This document shows, piece by piece, positions 42,165-51,153 of a stretch of DNA of 64,000 bases; the first letter of the stretch is position 1, and every line of letters starts with the position of its first letter. The notes beneath the pieces are model-generated. The model did no database searches and had not been told where the DNA came from. It worked only from the letters and a program-made list of their open reading frames with translations. Source of the stretch: Candidatus Saccharimonadota bacterium. Lineage in GTDB: Bacteria; Patescibacteriota; Saccharimonadia; Saccharimonadales; JACDBH01. Position numbers and translations under genes: made by a program. Location of the stretch: positions 2,015 through 66,014 of the forward strand of contig JAQGGW010000003.1 in assembly GCA_028289135.1 (NCBI GenBank), in the 5' to 3' direction.

Positions 42165-42878
42165 TTATACAGCGATGTCGAAGTTGGTGTGGGTTGCTGT
42201 AACGTCTTGGAGTTCGTCTAATGAGTCCATTAAACGTTCAATTTTGCCAGCAGTTTCAGTGTCGGTGATTTCAATCGTGTTGGTTGGTTCATAAGACAGT
42301 TCGGCATCGATTACTTCCAGCCCGGCTGCTTTTAACGCGTCGCGGACTTTCGCCAGTTCTTTTTGGTCAGTGTAGATAATAGACTCTTCGCCTGCTTCCT
42401 GGACGTCCTCAGCCCCTGCGTCCAGTGCGCTAAGCATTAAGTCATCACCAGTGCCTTTTACACGGATAATTCCACGGTGGGCAAACTGGAAGGCCACGGC
42501 GCCTTTTTCGGCGATGCTGCCGCCGTGTTTTGAAAACGCAAACTTAACTTCTGGATAGGTTCGGTTTAGGTTGTCGGTTGCGCACTCCACCAAAATCGCC
42601 ACGCCGCCCGGGCCGTAGCCTTCATACATGACTTCCATAAGCTGGGCAGCGCCTTTGTCGGACACGCGCTTTATGGCGCGCTCGATGTTTGCCAGCGGCA
42701 TGTTGGCAGCCTTAGCCTTTTCGATTGCCATGGCAAGGCTCGCGTTCATGGTTGGGTCGGTGCCGCCGCGGGCTGCAACCGCGATTTGATTGCCGATGCG
42801 TGTAAATACCGCGCCGCGTTTTGCGTCCGTTAAGCCTTTGGCTCTTTTAATCGTTGACCACTTGGAGTGTCCGCTCAT
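42165..42878 (-). CDS. yebC: YebC/PmpR-family DNA-binding regulator
   Basis: Starts MSGHSKWSTIKRAKG, with RBS AAGGAG upstream of the ATG at 42878. The track extension is rejected. Confidence 0.92.
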   Translation of the reverse strand: MSGHSKWSTIKRAKGLTDAKRGAVFTRIGNQIAVAARGGTDPTMNASLAMAIEKAKAANMPLANIERAIKRVSDKGAAQLMEVMYEGYGPGGVAILVECATDNLNRTYPEVKFAFSKHGGSIAEKGAVAFQFAHRGIIRVKGTGDDLMLSALDAGAEDVQEAGEESIIYTDQKELAKVRDALKAAGLEVIDAELSYEPTNTIEITDTETAGKIERLMDSLDELQDVTATHTNFDIAV

Positions 42879-43023
42879 AATTCTCCTTATGTGCGCGCCT
42901 TTGTATGCGGCATATTTTGGGCGGATAGCTCCGGGCTTGGCTGCTACGTACTTTCCTGTACGTTTCCGCCGAAGTCCTCGCTCTCCATCCCAAACTATGC
43001 TCGCCCACAAAACCGCTTAACAT

Positions 43024-44484
43024 CTAATTCTGTAGGATCGTTTCAGGATTTACATCTGTTATAGTATCACTTTTGCGATTTTTACGCCAGAGCACGATCA
43101 GAACCAATACCATTGCCGCGTACATAATAATCATACCCATAAGGCTCACTGTGACAGAGATTTTCATATGCGGAACCCTAGCAAACATCGTCGCCATTTC
43201 TAGCAGATAAGTCAGCACCCAACGCGCCGGGAACGCCAGCCAGCCGGCAATTGGCGCAATAAACATCCCGGCCAGCCCGGCGATAAAGCTCAGCAGCATT
43301 GCCAGCGGAATTAGCGGCACGACCAAAATGTTGGCCGGCAGCGCGATAAAGCTGGAAGTCTTAAAAATATATAAAATAATCGGCACCGTCATAATCTGTG
43401 CCGAAAGTGTTTCCATAATAAGCTCACCAATAATCCCTCGCGGCTCCCCGCTAAACAAGCGGTGGCGGACAAGCGGCCCCAAAATTAAAACGCCAAAGAA
43501 TGCGAGGAATGACAAATACCAGCCGATGTCCGACCATATATAAAGCGGATTCCACAGCGCTGTTAAAGCAGCCGCAAACAGAATTAACAGCAGCGGTTTT
43601 ATTGTCCGGCCATAATACCAAGCGCCCAAACTTAAAGAGCTAATTATTGCCGCGCGGACGATCGACGCGCTTAGGCCTGTTACTAATAAAAATCCAAGGA
43701 TTAATGCTTGCGATCCGACAAAAGTTTGGAACTTTGACCAACGTCCAAAAATTTTCTTGCCAGCGCGCATCATAATTGTCAGGTTATAGCCCGACACCGC
43801 GATGATATGACTCAGCCCAACGGCGGCCAAGATTGTCGTAATGGTCGCTGGCAGTGTGTTGCGCTGCCCAATCAAAAGCCCGAGCGCAAAGGATGCCAAA
43901 GGTTCCGGTAAAGTGTTTTGCAACCCCACCGTAAAGTGCCGCGTGATGCTATAGGCAACCGAATGCGACTGCCCGGTTATATTAAAATTTGAGTAGCTTA
44001 AATACGCCACAACCGAGCCGCGCGCCGGATAAAACTTGCCCGTAACCGTAATGTGATCACCTCTAAAGACCATGTTTTCGCCAAAACCAGACACGCCAAT
44101 TTTGCCAACAATATTTTTCTGATACGGCTCCTCCAAATGCAGGTTGCCAACATCAAAACTCAGCTGCGAGTTTTTGCCATACACCCCGTCTGTTAAAACC
44201 GTCCCTGTTACTGTCACGCTACGTTTGCTAAGGCCCGCAAGCTCACGAACATGTGCCATATACACCCCGCCGCGACACCAACCAAGCGTAAATCCAAAAA
44301 TTATAACTGCGTACAAAGAAAACAGCCGGGCCCTGCGGAAGCTTAGCAGTACCAAAGCCGCTAAGATCCATATGTAAACAAAAGAAAGCGCTGGCGCAAA
44401 CCGCGCCCAGCCAAGCCCCAACAAAACCGTGCCAAACAATACTGTTAATCTGGTCGTGCGCCGGTATGTTCTCTGAGCTTTCAT
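43024..44484 (-). CDS. comEC: ComEC/Rec2 DNA-internalisation channel protein (no C-terminal metallo-beta-lactamase domain)
   Basis: Polytopic, with a competence-domain motif AAVGLSHIIAVSGYNLTIM. 486 aa. Confidence 0.8.
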   Translation of the reverse strand: MKAQRTYRRTTRLTVLFGTVLLGLGWARFAPALSFVYIWILAALVLLSFRRARLFSLYAVIIFGFTLGWCRGGVYMAHVRELAGLSKRSVTVTGTVLTDGVYGKNSQLSFDVGNLHLEEPYQKNIVGKIGVSGFGENMVFRGDHITVTGKFYPARGSVVAYLSYSNFNITGQSHSVAYSITRHFTVGLQNTLPEPLASFALGLLIGQRNTLPATITTILAAVGLSHIIAVSGYNLTIMMRAGKKIFGRWSKFQTFVGSQALILGFLLVTGLSASIVRAAIISSLSLGAWYYGRTIKPLLLILFAAALTALWNPLYIWSDIGWYLSFLAFFGVLILGPLVRHRLFSGEPRGIIGELIMETLSAQIMTVPIILYIFKTSSFIALPANILVVPLIPLAMLLSFIAGLAGMFIAPIAGWLAFPARWVLTYLLEMATMFARVPHMKISVTVSLMGMIIMYAAMVLVLIVLWRKNRKSDTITDVNPETILQN

Positions 44485-44553
44485 TACAGAGATAATAAAA
44501 CCTTGAGGCTATAATCCAAAGCATGAGCAAAACAAATTATTTATAACTTCGAA

Positions 44554-45741
44554 CTAATAAGACCAGACAGCAGCCCAATCAACTTCCAGATGTCCGTCTT
44601 GCGTGCACGTCGAAGGCGTCACTTGGTCGCACGTTGTCTTGGTTTCAGTCTGCAACTGCCAGCGTTCAGGCCCTGCCCATACAAAGCTTGTCGAACTGCC
44701 CACCTGTACGCCATCAAGATAATATTTTCTTTGGCCCGGCGACCATTCCTGGGTGTATGTATGCCACTGGGTGCGGTTCGCGCCGATTCCACTAATGGCT
44801 GTTTGATGCGAAGCACCGCCGCCGTCACAATAATGCGCAAAAGCACTAACTGTCGTATTGCCAAGAGCTCCTTCAGGATAGTCACTTTCGGCGCATGAGC
44901 CATTGGAGTTACTGCTCGGCCAAAGCAACCAGGCCTGGTAAAACTCACTTAGGTTTGAGGTTGTAGTCCTAAAGCGGATTTCATAACGGCCATATGTCTG
45001 GTATTCACTGCCGCCAGGCAAAACTGGAGAAGGGCTAGCTCCGGCAGGTACACCATCAACGTTATGCAGCCAAAAATCCAATACCCCATTATGAACACTT
45101 AGCACCTGGTCTGAACGATACTTCCGGCTTTGGTAGGTATCTTTATAGCAAGAAGGGTACGACTTCCACGGTGTCCCGCTTGCCCCCGTATAGTTAATAG
45201 TTGTTGTGCAGGTGGAGTTTCCCCAGGATCCTAATGCAGCATCTTTCGTGAAATTCTCATTAACTATTTGGTGCCACGTATGTCCACTGCTTGAAACATC
45301 ACCCGACGGTGCGCATTGCCCACTTGGGCAGGTCACGGTTGGGGCTGGAGTGGGTACCGGCGTTGGAATTGGGGCTGGAGTGGGTGTAGGAGTTGGGGTA
45401 GGCGTAGTTGAAGGCGCGGGCGTAGTCGTCGTGCCTCCCGGCTGTGAACCAGATCCAGTTGCCGGAGTTGGCGTAGTCGTAGTTTCTTTTTTCTCTGCAA
45501 CCGAACCAGTTGAAGGTTTTGGAGGCGTATTTGCCGTATCTGCCGGTATACCATTTATACCCGATTGCTGCTGTGTAATAACCGACATTACACTTCCGGT
45601 GACACCGCTCATTGATGAAATTAAATGTTTACCAAATAGCGGATATACCAGAGCTGAGGTAATTACTATTAATACAAGAGCCGTGGCCCCTAATGAGAAT
45701 AACCTCAGATGATTACTAACTATTTTTAAATACTTTTTCAT
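44554..45741 (-). CDS. secreted protein with Thr/Pro-rich linker and GH16/ConA-like glucanase domain
   Basis: Signal/TM segment, linker TPTPTPTPTPAPIPTPVPTPAPT, catalytic-type motif AESDYPE (ExDxxE), and YGRYEIRFR. Confidence 0.55.
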   Translation of the reverse strand: MKKYLKIVSNHLRLFSLGATALVLIVITSALVYPLFGKHLISSMSGVTGSVMSVITQQQSGINGIPADTANTPPKPSTGSVAEKKETTTTPTPATGSGSQPGGTTTTPAPSTTPTPTPTPTPAPIPTPVPTPAPTVTCPSGQCAPSGDVSSSGHTWHQIVNENFTKDAALGSWGNSTCTTTINYTGASGTPWKSYPSCYKDTYQSRKYRSDQVLSVHNGVLDFWLHNVDGVPAGASPSPVLPGGSEYQTYGRYEIRFRTTTSNLSEFYQAWLLWPSSNSNGSCAESDYPEGALGNTTVSAFAHYCDGGGASHQTAISGIGANRTQWHTYTQEWSPGQRKYYLDGVQVGSSTSFVWAGPERWQLQTETKTTCDQVTPSTCTQDGHLEVDWAAVWSY

Positions 45742-45822
45742 TTTTATTTTTGTTGTTACAACATATATTATACATTATAATTGCAAGACTTTAAATATCG
45801 CGCATAACTAAAAAGCTTAAGA

Positions 45823-45851
45823 TTGACTTTTTTATCAAAAAAACAGATAAT
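45823..45851 (+). promoter_or_regulatory. sigma70-type promoter upstream of the tRNA-Lys locus
   Basis: TTGACT (45823-45828)-N16/17-GATAAT/ATAATA. It lies about 35 nt upstream of the truncated tRNA copy. Confidence 0.5.
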
Positions 45852-45885
45852 AACCCCTGTATTTCGTATATGGCTAGTCCATTTG

Positions 45886-46008
45886 CGGGCCCGTAGCTCA
45901 GCTGGTTAGAGTGAGAACTGCCAGCGGCAGTTCGGAAACGAATCTTCCGATGAAAACTTGTTTTCAATCGCGAAGTTCGGGGGTCGCGGAACGTGACCCT
46001 GCCTTTTA
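45886..46008 (+). pseudogene. 5' half of tRNA-Lys(TTT) interrupted by an 86-nt structured insertion
   Basis: 45886-45910 matches the first 25 nt of the intact tRNA-Lys, and 45997-46008 (CCTGCCTTTTAA) matches its anticodon stem 5' strand plus loop. Between them lie 4 hairpins. No 3' half follows. Confidence 0.7.
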
Positions 46009-46047
46009 ACGAAATACAATGTACTTTTCCATTAAATCCACTATATG

Positions 46048-46124
46048 TGGGCCCGTAGCTCAGCTGGTTAGAGCACCTGCCTTTTAAGCAGGGTGTCGTG
46101 AGTTCAAGTCTCACCGGGCCCTCC
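46048..46124 (+). tRNA. tRNA-Lys (anticodon TTT)
   Basis: Acceptor GGGCCCG/CGGGCCC, anticodon loop CTTTTAA, T-loop TTCAAGT, encoded CCA. Confidence 0.92.
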
Positions 46125-46160
46125 ACGAAAAAAGACTTATAGCAAGATAGGTCTTTTTTC
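46125..46160 (+). terminator. hairpin terminator after tRNA-Lys
   Basis: CGAAAAAAGAC-loop14-GTCTTTTTTCG, an 11-bp stem with a T-run inside its 3' arm. Confidence 0.6.
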
Positions 46161-46226
46161 GTGAGTAAGAACCGCAAATTACAAATATATATCGGGCAGC
46201 TGCTCTACTTTTGATATACTTATGCC

Positions 46227-46817
46227 ATGCTTTTAAAAATCTATCAAACTGGACAGCCAGTCCTTAGAAATAATTCAAATAAAGTTAGTATAGATAAGCT
46301 TAATAAAAAGGAAACTCAGCAGCTTATTGATTTAATGATTGAAACGCTAAGAGACTCACCGGGTGTAGGTCTAGCTGCTCCGCAAGTTGGAGAACCATTA
46401 AGAATATTAATCGTCGAAGACTTGGCCAAATATCATGAGCAAATACCCATTGATGTTCTTAAGTCCCAAGAGCGTAAACCTGTGAAGCTAAAAGTATTTG
46501 TTAACCCTGAATTAGAAGTTATTGAGCAGGAAGAAGCATTATTTTTTGAAGGCTGCTTAAGCGTAGACGGCTATGTTGCAGCTGTGCCTAGAGCTAAAAC
46601 AGTAAAAATAGATGCCGTCGACCGGTACGGTAAACCTATTAGCTATACTGCAAAGGGTTGGTTTGCGAGGATCTTACAGCATGAATACGATCACTTAAAT
46701 GGCACTCTGATGATTGATCGAATGAAAACTAATAGCTTTATGAACCAAAAGAATTTCAATAGTTTATGGCGTAAGGCTCTGCCAAGTAAAATAAAGAAAG
46801 AATTTGGCAACCAGTAG
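46227..46817 (+). CDS. def: peptide deformylase
   Basis: All three PDF motifs are present: GVGLAAPQVG, EGCLSV and HEYDHLNG. 196 aa. Confidence 0.93.
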   Translation: MLLKIYQTGQPVLRNNSNKVSIDKLNKKETQQLIDLMIETLRDSPGVGLAAPQVGEPLRILIVEDLAKYHEQIPIDVLKSQERKPVKLKVFVNPELEVIEQEEALFFEGCLSVDGYVAAVPRAKTVKIDAVDRYGKPISYTAKGWFARILQHEYDHLNGTLMIDRMKTNSFMNQKNFNSLWRKALPSKIKKEFGNQ

Positions 46818-46887
46818 CTTTTTACTATTATGTATCTGTTAAATTTTACTACTAACACTGAGATGATTTTTGTTTATTAAGATTAAA

Positions 46888-47862
46888 CTACCGGTTAACG
46901 GTCGACATGTCAGGATAGCGCTGGCCAATTGCAAAACCTTTGGGCGCTACTTCATCAATTGCACCCAGCTCATCTTCGGTTAACGAAATTTCGGTAGCGG
47001 CAATGTTATCTTCTAAATAATTTATATGTTTGGTGCCAGGAATAGGCACAATATCTTCGCCCTGGGCCAACACCCATGCCAAAGCCAACTGTGCCGCCGT
47101 TACGCCTTTTTCGTGGGCAATTTCTTGAATTTTGGCCACCACGTCTAAATTCTTGTGAAAGTTTTCGCCCAAGAAACGCGGCCAGCGCCGGCGGCTGTCG
47201 TCTGGTTCCAGGTCATCAATAGTTTTAATCTGCCCAGTTAAAAACCCACGGCCCAGCGGGCTGTAGGCCACAAAGCCAATTCCAAGCTCACGCACCAGCT
47301 CCAGCAATTCGTCTTCCGGCTCTCGTGACCACAAACTGTATTCGGTTTGCAGGGCTGTAATAGTATGGACTTTTGCTGCCCGGCGGATTGTCTCGGGAGC
47401 AGCCTCGCTCATGCCGATATATCGTACCTTTCCTTCTTTAACCAAATCCGCCATAGCCTGGATTGTTTCCTCGATCGGTACGTTTGGATCAACCCGGTGT
47501 TGGTAATACAGGTCAATATGGTCAACTCCCAAACGCTTCAGACTATCTTCGCATGATTTCTTTACGTATTCCGGTTTTCCGTTAACCCCCAAAAATGACC
47601 CATCTTGCCCGCGTTCGTTCCCAAACTTAGTCGCCAACACAACCTCATTACGCCGGTCTTTAATTGCCTTGCCGACCAACATTTCATTTGTAAACGGCCC
47701 GTACATATCGGCAGTGTCCAAGAAGTTAATACCGTGATCCAGCGCGTAAGCAATGGTTTCGAGCGCCGACTTTTCGTCCCGCCCACCATAAAACTCACTC
47801 ATGCCCATACAGCCAAGCCCTATTTCTGATACCAATAGATCGCCCAGTTTTCGTTGCTTCAT
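46888..47862 (-). CDS. aldo/keto reductase (Tas/YghZ-like)
   Basis: [20 protein letters not shown] and YYQHRVDP. 324 aa, RBS AAGGGG. Confidence 0.9.
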   Translation of the reverse strand: MKQRKLGDLLVSEIGLGCMGMSEFYGGRDEKSALETIAYALDHGINFLDTADMYGPFTNEMLVGKAIKDRRNEVVLATKFGNERGQDGSFLGVNGKPEYVKKSCEDSLKRLGVDHIDLYYQHRVDPNVPIEETIQAMADLVKEGKVRYIGMSEAAPETIRRAAKVHTITALQTEYSLWSREPEDELLELVRELGIGFVAYSPLGRGFLTGQIKTIDDLEPDDSRRRWPRFLGENFHKNLDVVAKIQEIAHEKGVTAAQLALAWVLAQGEDIVPIPGTKHINYLEDNIAATEISLTEDELGAIDEVAPKGFAIGQRYPDMSTVNR

Positions 47863-47947
47863 TCTAAATTCCCCTTACCCTTATATAATACCTTTTCCTT
47901 GTTTTTAAGGAGGCACGATATCGTACACGGACTGCTACAATAGGACC

Positions 47948-48691
47948 ATGAACATCTCTGTTTTGCAGTGGAATATTTGGTACAAAGAAGACGTTAGAAA
48001 AATTGTCGAATTTTTAAAAGAAAATCCAGCGGATATTATCTGTTTGCAAGAACTTCCAATAAACTATGCGACATCGGTAGTTAAAGATAGCCCAGAATAT
48101 ATAGCCCGCGAACTTGGTTATAACTTTTTTTATAAAGATCTGCCTATAGAAGACACTGACGGTCTACACAGAACTCTAGCAAATGGTATTTTTAGTAAGT
48201 TTCCAATAAAAAGTTCACGGTTTGCATGGACGAAGGAGTCAACCGGAAAGCTAGGGTATGATGATGAGTCCAGGGCATATGTAGAAGTCGTGCTGGATAT
48301 TAATGGCAATGACATTACAGTGGGCACAACGCACATGTCATACACGCACGATTTTGCACCAAACGAGAGCAAAAAGAAAGAAACCGACATGCTGCTTAAA
48401 GAACTTAAACAAAAATCAGAAGCATACATATTCGCCGCCGACCTAAACGCCCTGCCCGGTTCCTACACCATAGATTCCATTTCTAACCTCATGCAAAACG
48501 CTAGCCCAAGCCTTGACCAAAAAACCTGGACCACCAAACCATTCAGCTACAACGGCTTTGAAGCAAACTCGCTCGGTTGGCGGCTTGATTATATTTTTAC
48601 GACCAAAGATATTAAGCTCATCGAGAGTAAAATCTTGCATACTGAATACTCCGACCACTTGCCTGTTTTTGCTTACTTAGAAGTAAACTGA
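47948..48691 (+). CDS. endonuclease/exonuclease/phosphatase (EEP) family protein
   Basis: VLQWNIW...ICLQE near the N-terminus and SDHLPV near the C-terminus. 247 aa, AT-rich. Confidence 0.8.
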   Translation: MNISVLQWNIWYKEDVRKIVEFLKENPADIICLQELPINYATSVVKDSPEYIARELGYNFFYKDLPIEDTDGLHRTLANGIFSKFPIKSSRFAWTKESTGKLGYDDESRAYVEVVLDINGNDITVGTTHMSYTHDFAPNESKKKETDMLLKELKQKSEAYIFAADLNALPGSYTIDSISNLMQNASPSLDQKTWTTKPFSYNGFEANSLGWRLDYIFTTKDIKLIESKILHTEYSDHLPVFAYLEVN

Positions 48692-48732
48692 ATTTATTGA
48701 CAGGTACGCACCAAGTGCTAAGCTTACAACAA

Positions 48733-49194
48733 ATGAAACAACCAAAATCCTCAGCAAACTACGTCGTTGGGCCAAATCTTCAAAAATTATTTATCTGGCT
48801 CGCCATCGCAAGCTTTTTATCCGCGATCGCAGTGAATGTTTATATTATTGCGCAGCAGTTGCATTACTTTAATCACCTTAGCAACCTGATTCTTCAAACC
48901 AGTTTCTATACCGTCGGTCCTGCTGTGATGTTTTTTATCGCCTATTTAACCTCAGGCAAAGATCGAAACACCCGTGCATCTATGTTTGAAAATTTTTTAC
49001 TTGTAAGCATAGGTGGCTTTATTTTTGGAGTTTTGAGTGTGTTGCATACATTTACAATACAAAGTTGGCTGAATCATAATAATACAAGCTATGCGATTTC
49101 TGCCCGGTATAGTCTTATCCCTACCTTTTTGACATTATTTTTCTATACTTTAATCATTATAAAATTTAGATCCAGCCCTAAAAAATCAGTCTAA
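48733..49194 (+). CDS. hypothetical membrane protein
   Basis: 4 TM helices. ATG at 48733 is preferred over the TTG at 48697. The stop overlaps the convergent gene by 4 nt. Confidence 0.5.
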   Translation: MKQPKSSANYVVGPNLQKLFIWLAIASFLSAIAVNVYIIAQQLHYFNHLSNLILQTSFYTVGPAVMFFIAYLTSGKDRNTRASMFENFLLVSIGGFIFGVLSVLHTFTIQSWLNHNNTSYAISARYSLIPTFLTLFFYTLIIIKFRSSPKKSV

Positions 49195-49682
49195 TGTTTG
49201 CCCTTTTTGTGATGGTCATCTTTGTGGTGCTTTGGAATAGTCAGCGCCAGAACTAAAAGGCTTGAGACAATCCCAACGACAACAATCAGCTCATAATACT
49301 GGGCAATCAGCGGCCAGCCTGTGCTTGCGGTCAGGGTGTTTTGGAAGGAGCCGCTTAAAAACGGATATACAATTGTCAGGCCAACAAGTGCCGAGCAAAG
49401 CGCCGGAACTACGGCCATAATAAGCAATGGTTTTTTGATGCGTTTACGAAGTAATATGGCGCTAATAATAGCCGGAAACAGCATCACAGCCGCCTGGGCA
49501 ACATTGGTAGAAACCTGCAGCTTGCCTCCCAAAGAGTGCGCCAAAAGGTCGGTGTCCTTACCTGCGGCCGCTACCAAGACACTCCCCGCGCAGACAGCAA
49601 AGAAAACAACCGCCGTGTTGGTACGAAGCAGCAGCTGAAGAGCAACTACAATGGCAATAATGACAATAAGCGCGTAGATCAT
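49191..49682 (-). CDS. hypothetical polytopic membrane protein (last gene of the ATP-grasp operon)
   Basis: 163 aa with about 5 TM helices and a His/Lys-rich C-terminus HHKDDHHKKGKH. Begins 27 nt after the DUF192 gene. Confidence 0.55.
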   Translation of the reverse strand: MIYALIVIIAIVVALQLLLRTNTAVVFFAVCAGSVLVAAAGKDTDLLAHSLGGKLQVSTNVAQAAVMLFPAIISAILLRKRIKKPLLIMAVVPALCSALVGLTIVYPFLSGSFQNTLTASTGWPLIAQYYELIVVVGIVSSLLVLALTIPKHHKDDHHKKGKH

Positions 49683-49709
49683 ACTAACCCTATTCTAGCA
49701 TGAGCGGGA

Positions 49710-50264
49710 TCAGAGATTTATGTGTGAACCCACCGAAAGCCCAGCGCTCTTGGCGACATGGGCATTTACCTCGATTACAAAAAATGTATTATCGGCGCAA
49801 TATTCATTTGGATACGTCTCGGGTTTTAAGCCTTCTTCTAGCTTAACTACATTGCCACGTACATCAAGCCAAGCAATGTCCAGGTCAAAATGCATGTTCT
49901 TCATCCATATGCATTGACGGCCAATATTATCAAAAACAAACAGCATTCCGTGGCTGGACGGCATTGAAGGCCGGTCCGACAAACCATGTTCGCGCGCCGC
50001 CTCGGTATCAACTTTTTCCAAGCTCAAAACGCATTGTTTTTTGCCGATCGGCGTCGATTTGCCACCGTTGGTAACTGTCTCATACTTAATACAAACATCC
50101 GTGCTGGCATTTTTATCAAACACCAGCTGGCGGGCGATTAAAATAACGCCCGCACCCAGCATTAGTATCAAAATCAACGCGGAGGTATTTCGCGGCTTCA
50201 TTTCACCCAGGCCGTTCCACAGCTTTCGTATCATTGCCTTAGTATAGCGCAGCAAGAACTGCAT
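49710..50264 (-). CDS. DUF192-family protein with N-terminal membrane anchor
   Basis: HGMLFVF...IWMKNMHFDLDIAWLD matches the DUF192 pattern as I recall it. TM helix ALILILMLGAGVILIA. The start may be an internal Met. Confidence 0.55.
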   Translation of the reverse strand: MQFLLRYTKAMIRKLWNGLGEMKPRNTSALILILMLGAGVILIARQLVFDKNASTDVCIKYETVTNGGKSTPIGKKQCVLSLEKVDTEAAREHGLSDRPSMPSSHGMLFVFDNIGRQCIWMKNMHFDLDIAWLDVRGNVVKLEEGLKPETYPNEYCADNTFFVIEVNAHVAKSAGLSVGSHINL

Positions 50265-50272
50265 AAAACGCT

Positions 50273-51124
50273 TTAGCCGTGAAAGCTATGTTCAACAAAC
50301 TCAACAATTTTGGCGGCCACATCAATGCCGGTTGCACTCTCCAAAGCTTTGAAACCTGGCGACGAATTAACTTCAATCACCAGCGGCCCGCGCTTGGACC
50401 GTAAAATATCCACACCGCCAATCTTAAGCCCCATGGCGTCGCATGCTTTTACCGCCAATTCTTCTTCTTTGGCTGTGGCTTCAATTGCGTCTGCGTTGCC
50501 TCCAAGATAAACGTTTGAACGGAATTCCCCTTCTTTTGCCTGGCGCTTTATCGCTCCCGCCACCTCTCCATCAATCACAAAAATCCTGATGTCGCTTCCT
50601 GCCGACTCTTCTATAAATTCTTGGGCATAAAACGCTCTTTTTAAACTTTTTAATTCACCCACCAAGCTGTCCAGCTCGGCCATATTTTTTACAAGCCAAA
50701 CGCCATCCCCCTGAGTGCCCGTGAGCGCTTTAATCACGAATGGGAAAGCCAGATCATCTTTATTATTCAAATCCAGCGTCTGCGGAATCGGAACACCTGC
50801 GCTCTGAAGTTTATGCGATGCGGCGGCTTTATCGTGCGAAAGTTCTATGCCATTGGACGAAGTCGTCGAAAAAGTTCCGATTGCCTCAAAAGCTTTTAAC
50901 GTTGTTACGCCGTCTATCGGGGAGCCGGACATTACGCGCGGGATAATTGCGTCAAAATCTGCAAGCGAACGGCCGTGGTATATAACATCCGGCTTTTCAT
51001 TTACAGAAGAGGGCTGGCACTCAGTATAAACAATCAGTTCGGCCGAATGCCCACGCTTAATGGCGGTATCAATAATTCTTTGATTACTATAGCTAGTCGT
51101 TCTAGCAAGCAGCGCAATTTTCAT
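50273..51124 (-). CDS. rimK: RimK-type ATP-grasp alpha-L-glutamate ligase
   Basis: MKIALLAR..., GSDIRIFVIDGEVAGAIKRQAKEGEFRSNVYLGG and GGVDILRSKRGPLVIEVNSSPG. 283 aa. Confidence 0.8.
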   Translation of the reverse strand: MKIALLARTTSYSNQRIIDTAIKRGHSAELIVYTECQPSSVNEKPDVIYHGRSLADFDAIIPRVMSGSPIDGVTTLKAFEAIGTFSTTSSNGIELSHDKAAASHKLQSAGVPIPQTLDLNNKDDLAFPFVIKALTGTQGDGVWLVKNMAELDSLVGELKSLKRAFYAQEFIEESAGSDIRIFVIDGEVAGAIKRQAKEGEFRSNVYLGGNADAIEATAKEEELAVKACDAMGLKIGGVDILRSKRGPLVIEVNSSPGFKALESATGIDVAAKIVEFVEHSFHG

Positions 51125-51153
51125 TTTATTTTCCGTTTGATTCTTTAGAAATA

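Noticed and set aside
45206-45712. 168-aa plus-strand ORF antisense to the GH16-like gene (GAGVGTGVGIGAGVGVGVG...)
   Set aside because: It is the mirror image of the Thr/Pro linker repeat on the coding strand and is not an independent gene.
45791-46177. 128-aa minus-strand ORF
   Set aside because: It covers the tRNA-Lys gene and the truncated tRNA copy. The repeated QLSYGP in its translation simply mirrors the duplicated tRNA 5' half.
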